A stretch of DNA of 53,157 bases from an uncultured Candidatus Saccharibacteria bacterium (GTDB lineage: Bacteria > Patescibacteriota > Minisyncoccia > UBA6257 > GWB1-50-10), in the NCBI GenBank assembly GCA_964466475.1, contig CAYXNB010000002.1, forward strand, positions 1 to 53,157. The letters run 5' to 3'. Both the position numbers and the translations under genes were made by a program. The notes under the pieces were generated by a model that was not told the origin of the DNA, did not search any database, and saw only the letters and a list, made by a program, of their open reading frames with translations. Of this stretch, positions 52,766 to 53,157 are shown one piece after another. How positions within the stretch are numbered: the stretch's first letter is position 1; every line of letters begins with the position of its first letter.

Positions 52766-53104
52766 TCACCGGCGACGGGCGTCCATTTCTTCAAGTTGCC
52801 GATACCCGATCACGCGGTTCGCACACCCGCGCAAATAACGCTCGCACGGGGTCGCTCCGAGACCATACTCATTTACTTCCGCAAACATTTTCTCAATGGA
52901 AACGTCGCCGTCCTCCCAAGACCGGATTTTCGTCCACATTTCAAAATCTCTCTCACTCACCTCCTCGGGATTAATGTCTCGCAAATCCGTGTCCGCGGAT
53001 TCTTGCTTCTGCTCTTGCGCAATATAATGGCGAAAATCTTCCAACGAATGAACTTCATTCGCTGCGATCTCCTTCTCCTTCGAAACAAAAGATGTTTCTT
53101 TCAT
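52766..53104 (-). CDS. Hypothetical acidic protein
   Basis: A 112-aa ORF, 9 nt upstream of pheS; no motif recognised. Confidence 0.45.
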   Translation of the reverse strand: MKETSFVSKEKEIAANEVHSLEDFRHYIAQEQKQESADTDLRDINPEEVSERDFEMWTKIRSWEDGDVSIEKMFAEVNEYGLGATPCERYLRGCANRVIGYRQLEEMDARRR

Positions 53105-53157
53105 AGTGCGCGGGCGACCGGAATCTCACTGCTCGCCCCGCCAACGGCGGGGTTGCG
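53105..53157 (-). repeat. Partial second copy of the family-C element 3' end (cut by the window edge)
   Basis: 53111-53139 aligns with 41702-41731 at about 24 of 29 positions (cgggc-gaccggaatctcactgctcgcccc versus cgggccgccgggaatttcactactcgtccc). A GC hairpin follows in both. Confidence 0.45.

Overview
The window looks like a Candidate Phyla Radiation (Parcubacteria-like) bacterial chromosome segment of about 50-55% GC. The gene content fits that lifestyle. It includes a truncated 16S rRNA gene carrying a large insertion, ribosomal proteins L31, L25 and L21, and a compact type IV pilus operon. It also holds a non-oxidative pentose-phosphate and lower-glycolysis block (split transketolase, rpe, rpiB, gap, PfkB kinase), class I ribonucleotide reductase, dnaB, recR, recG, cysS, pheS, cca, ddl, pyrB and three tRNAs. 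Most genes lack a Shine-Dalgarno sequence. No CRISPR array, transposase, integrase or phage gene is visible. The most unusual content is non-coding. Family A occurs at 27204-27432 and 51463-51607, and family B at 30833-31062 and 50244-50452. Both are ornate, hairpin-rich structured elements whose copies differ by compensatory base-pair changes, and I cannot assign either to a known RNA class. They share a GUCC-GGG-GGAC capped hairpin module and GAGCGA motifs. A third hairpin-rich element of about 190 nt sits directly after tRNA-Pro, bounded by a 22-bp duplication of the tRNA 3' end; a related end lies at the window's right edge. Other notable points are listed below.
- A 2-kb insertion bounded by 37-bp direct repeats carries a HEAT-repeat/nucleotidyltransferase fusion gene.
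- A pilin-like protein is fused to an LVIVD beta-propeller inside the pilus operon.
- The release factor 1 gene lacks domain 1.
- The same peptide-coding 30-nt motif is inserted twice, in frame, in cca.
- tRNA-Lys ends with a CCA that overlaps the start codon of the next gene.
All calls come from reading the sequence and the ORF track; no database search was run.
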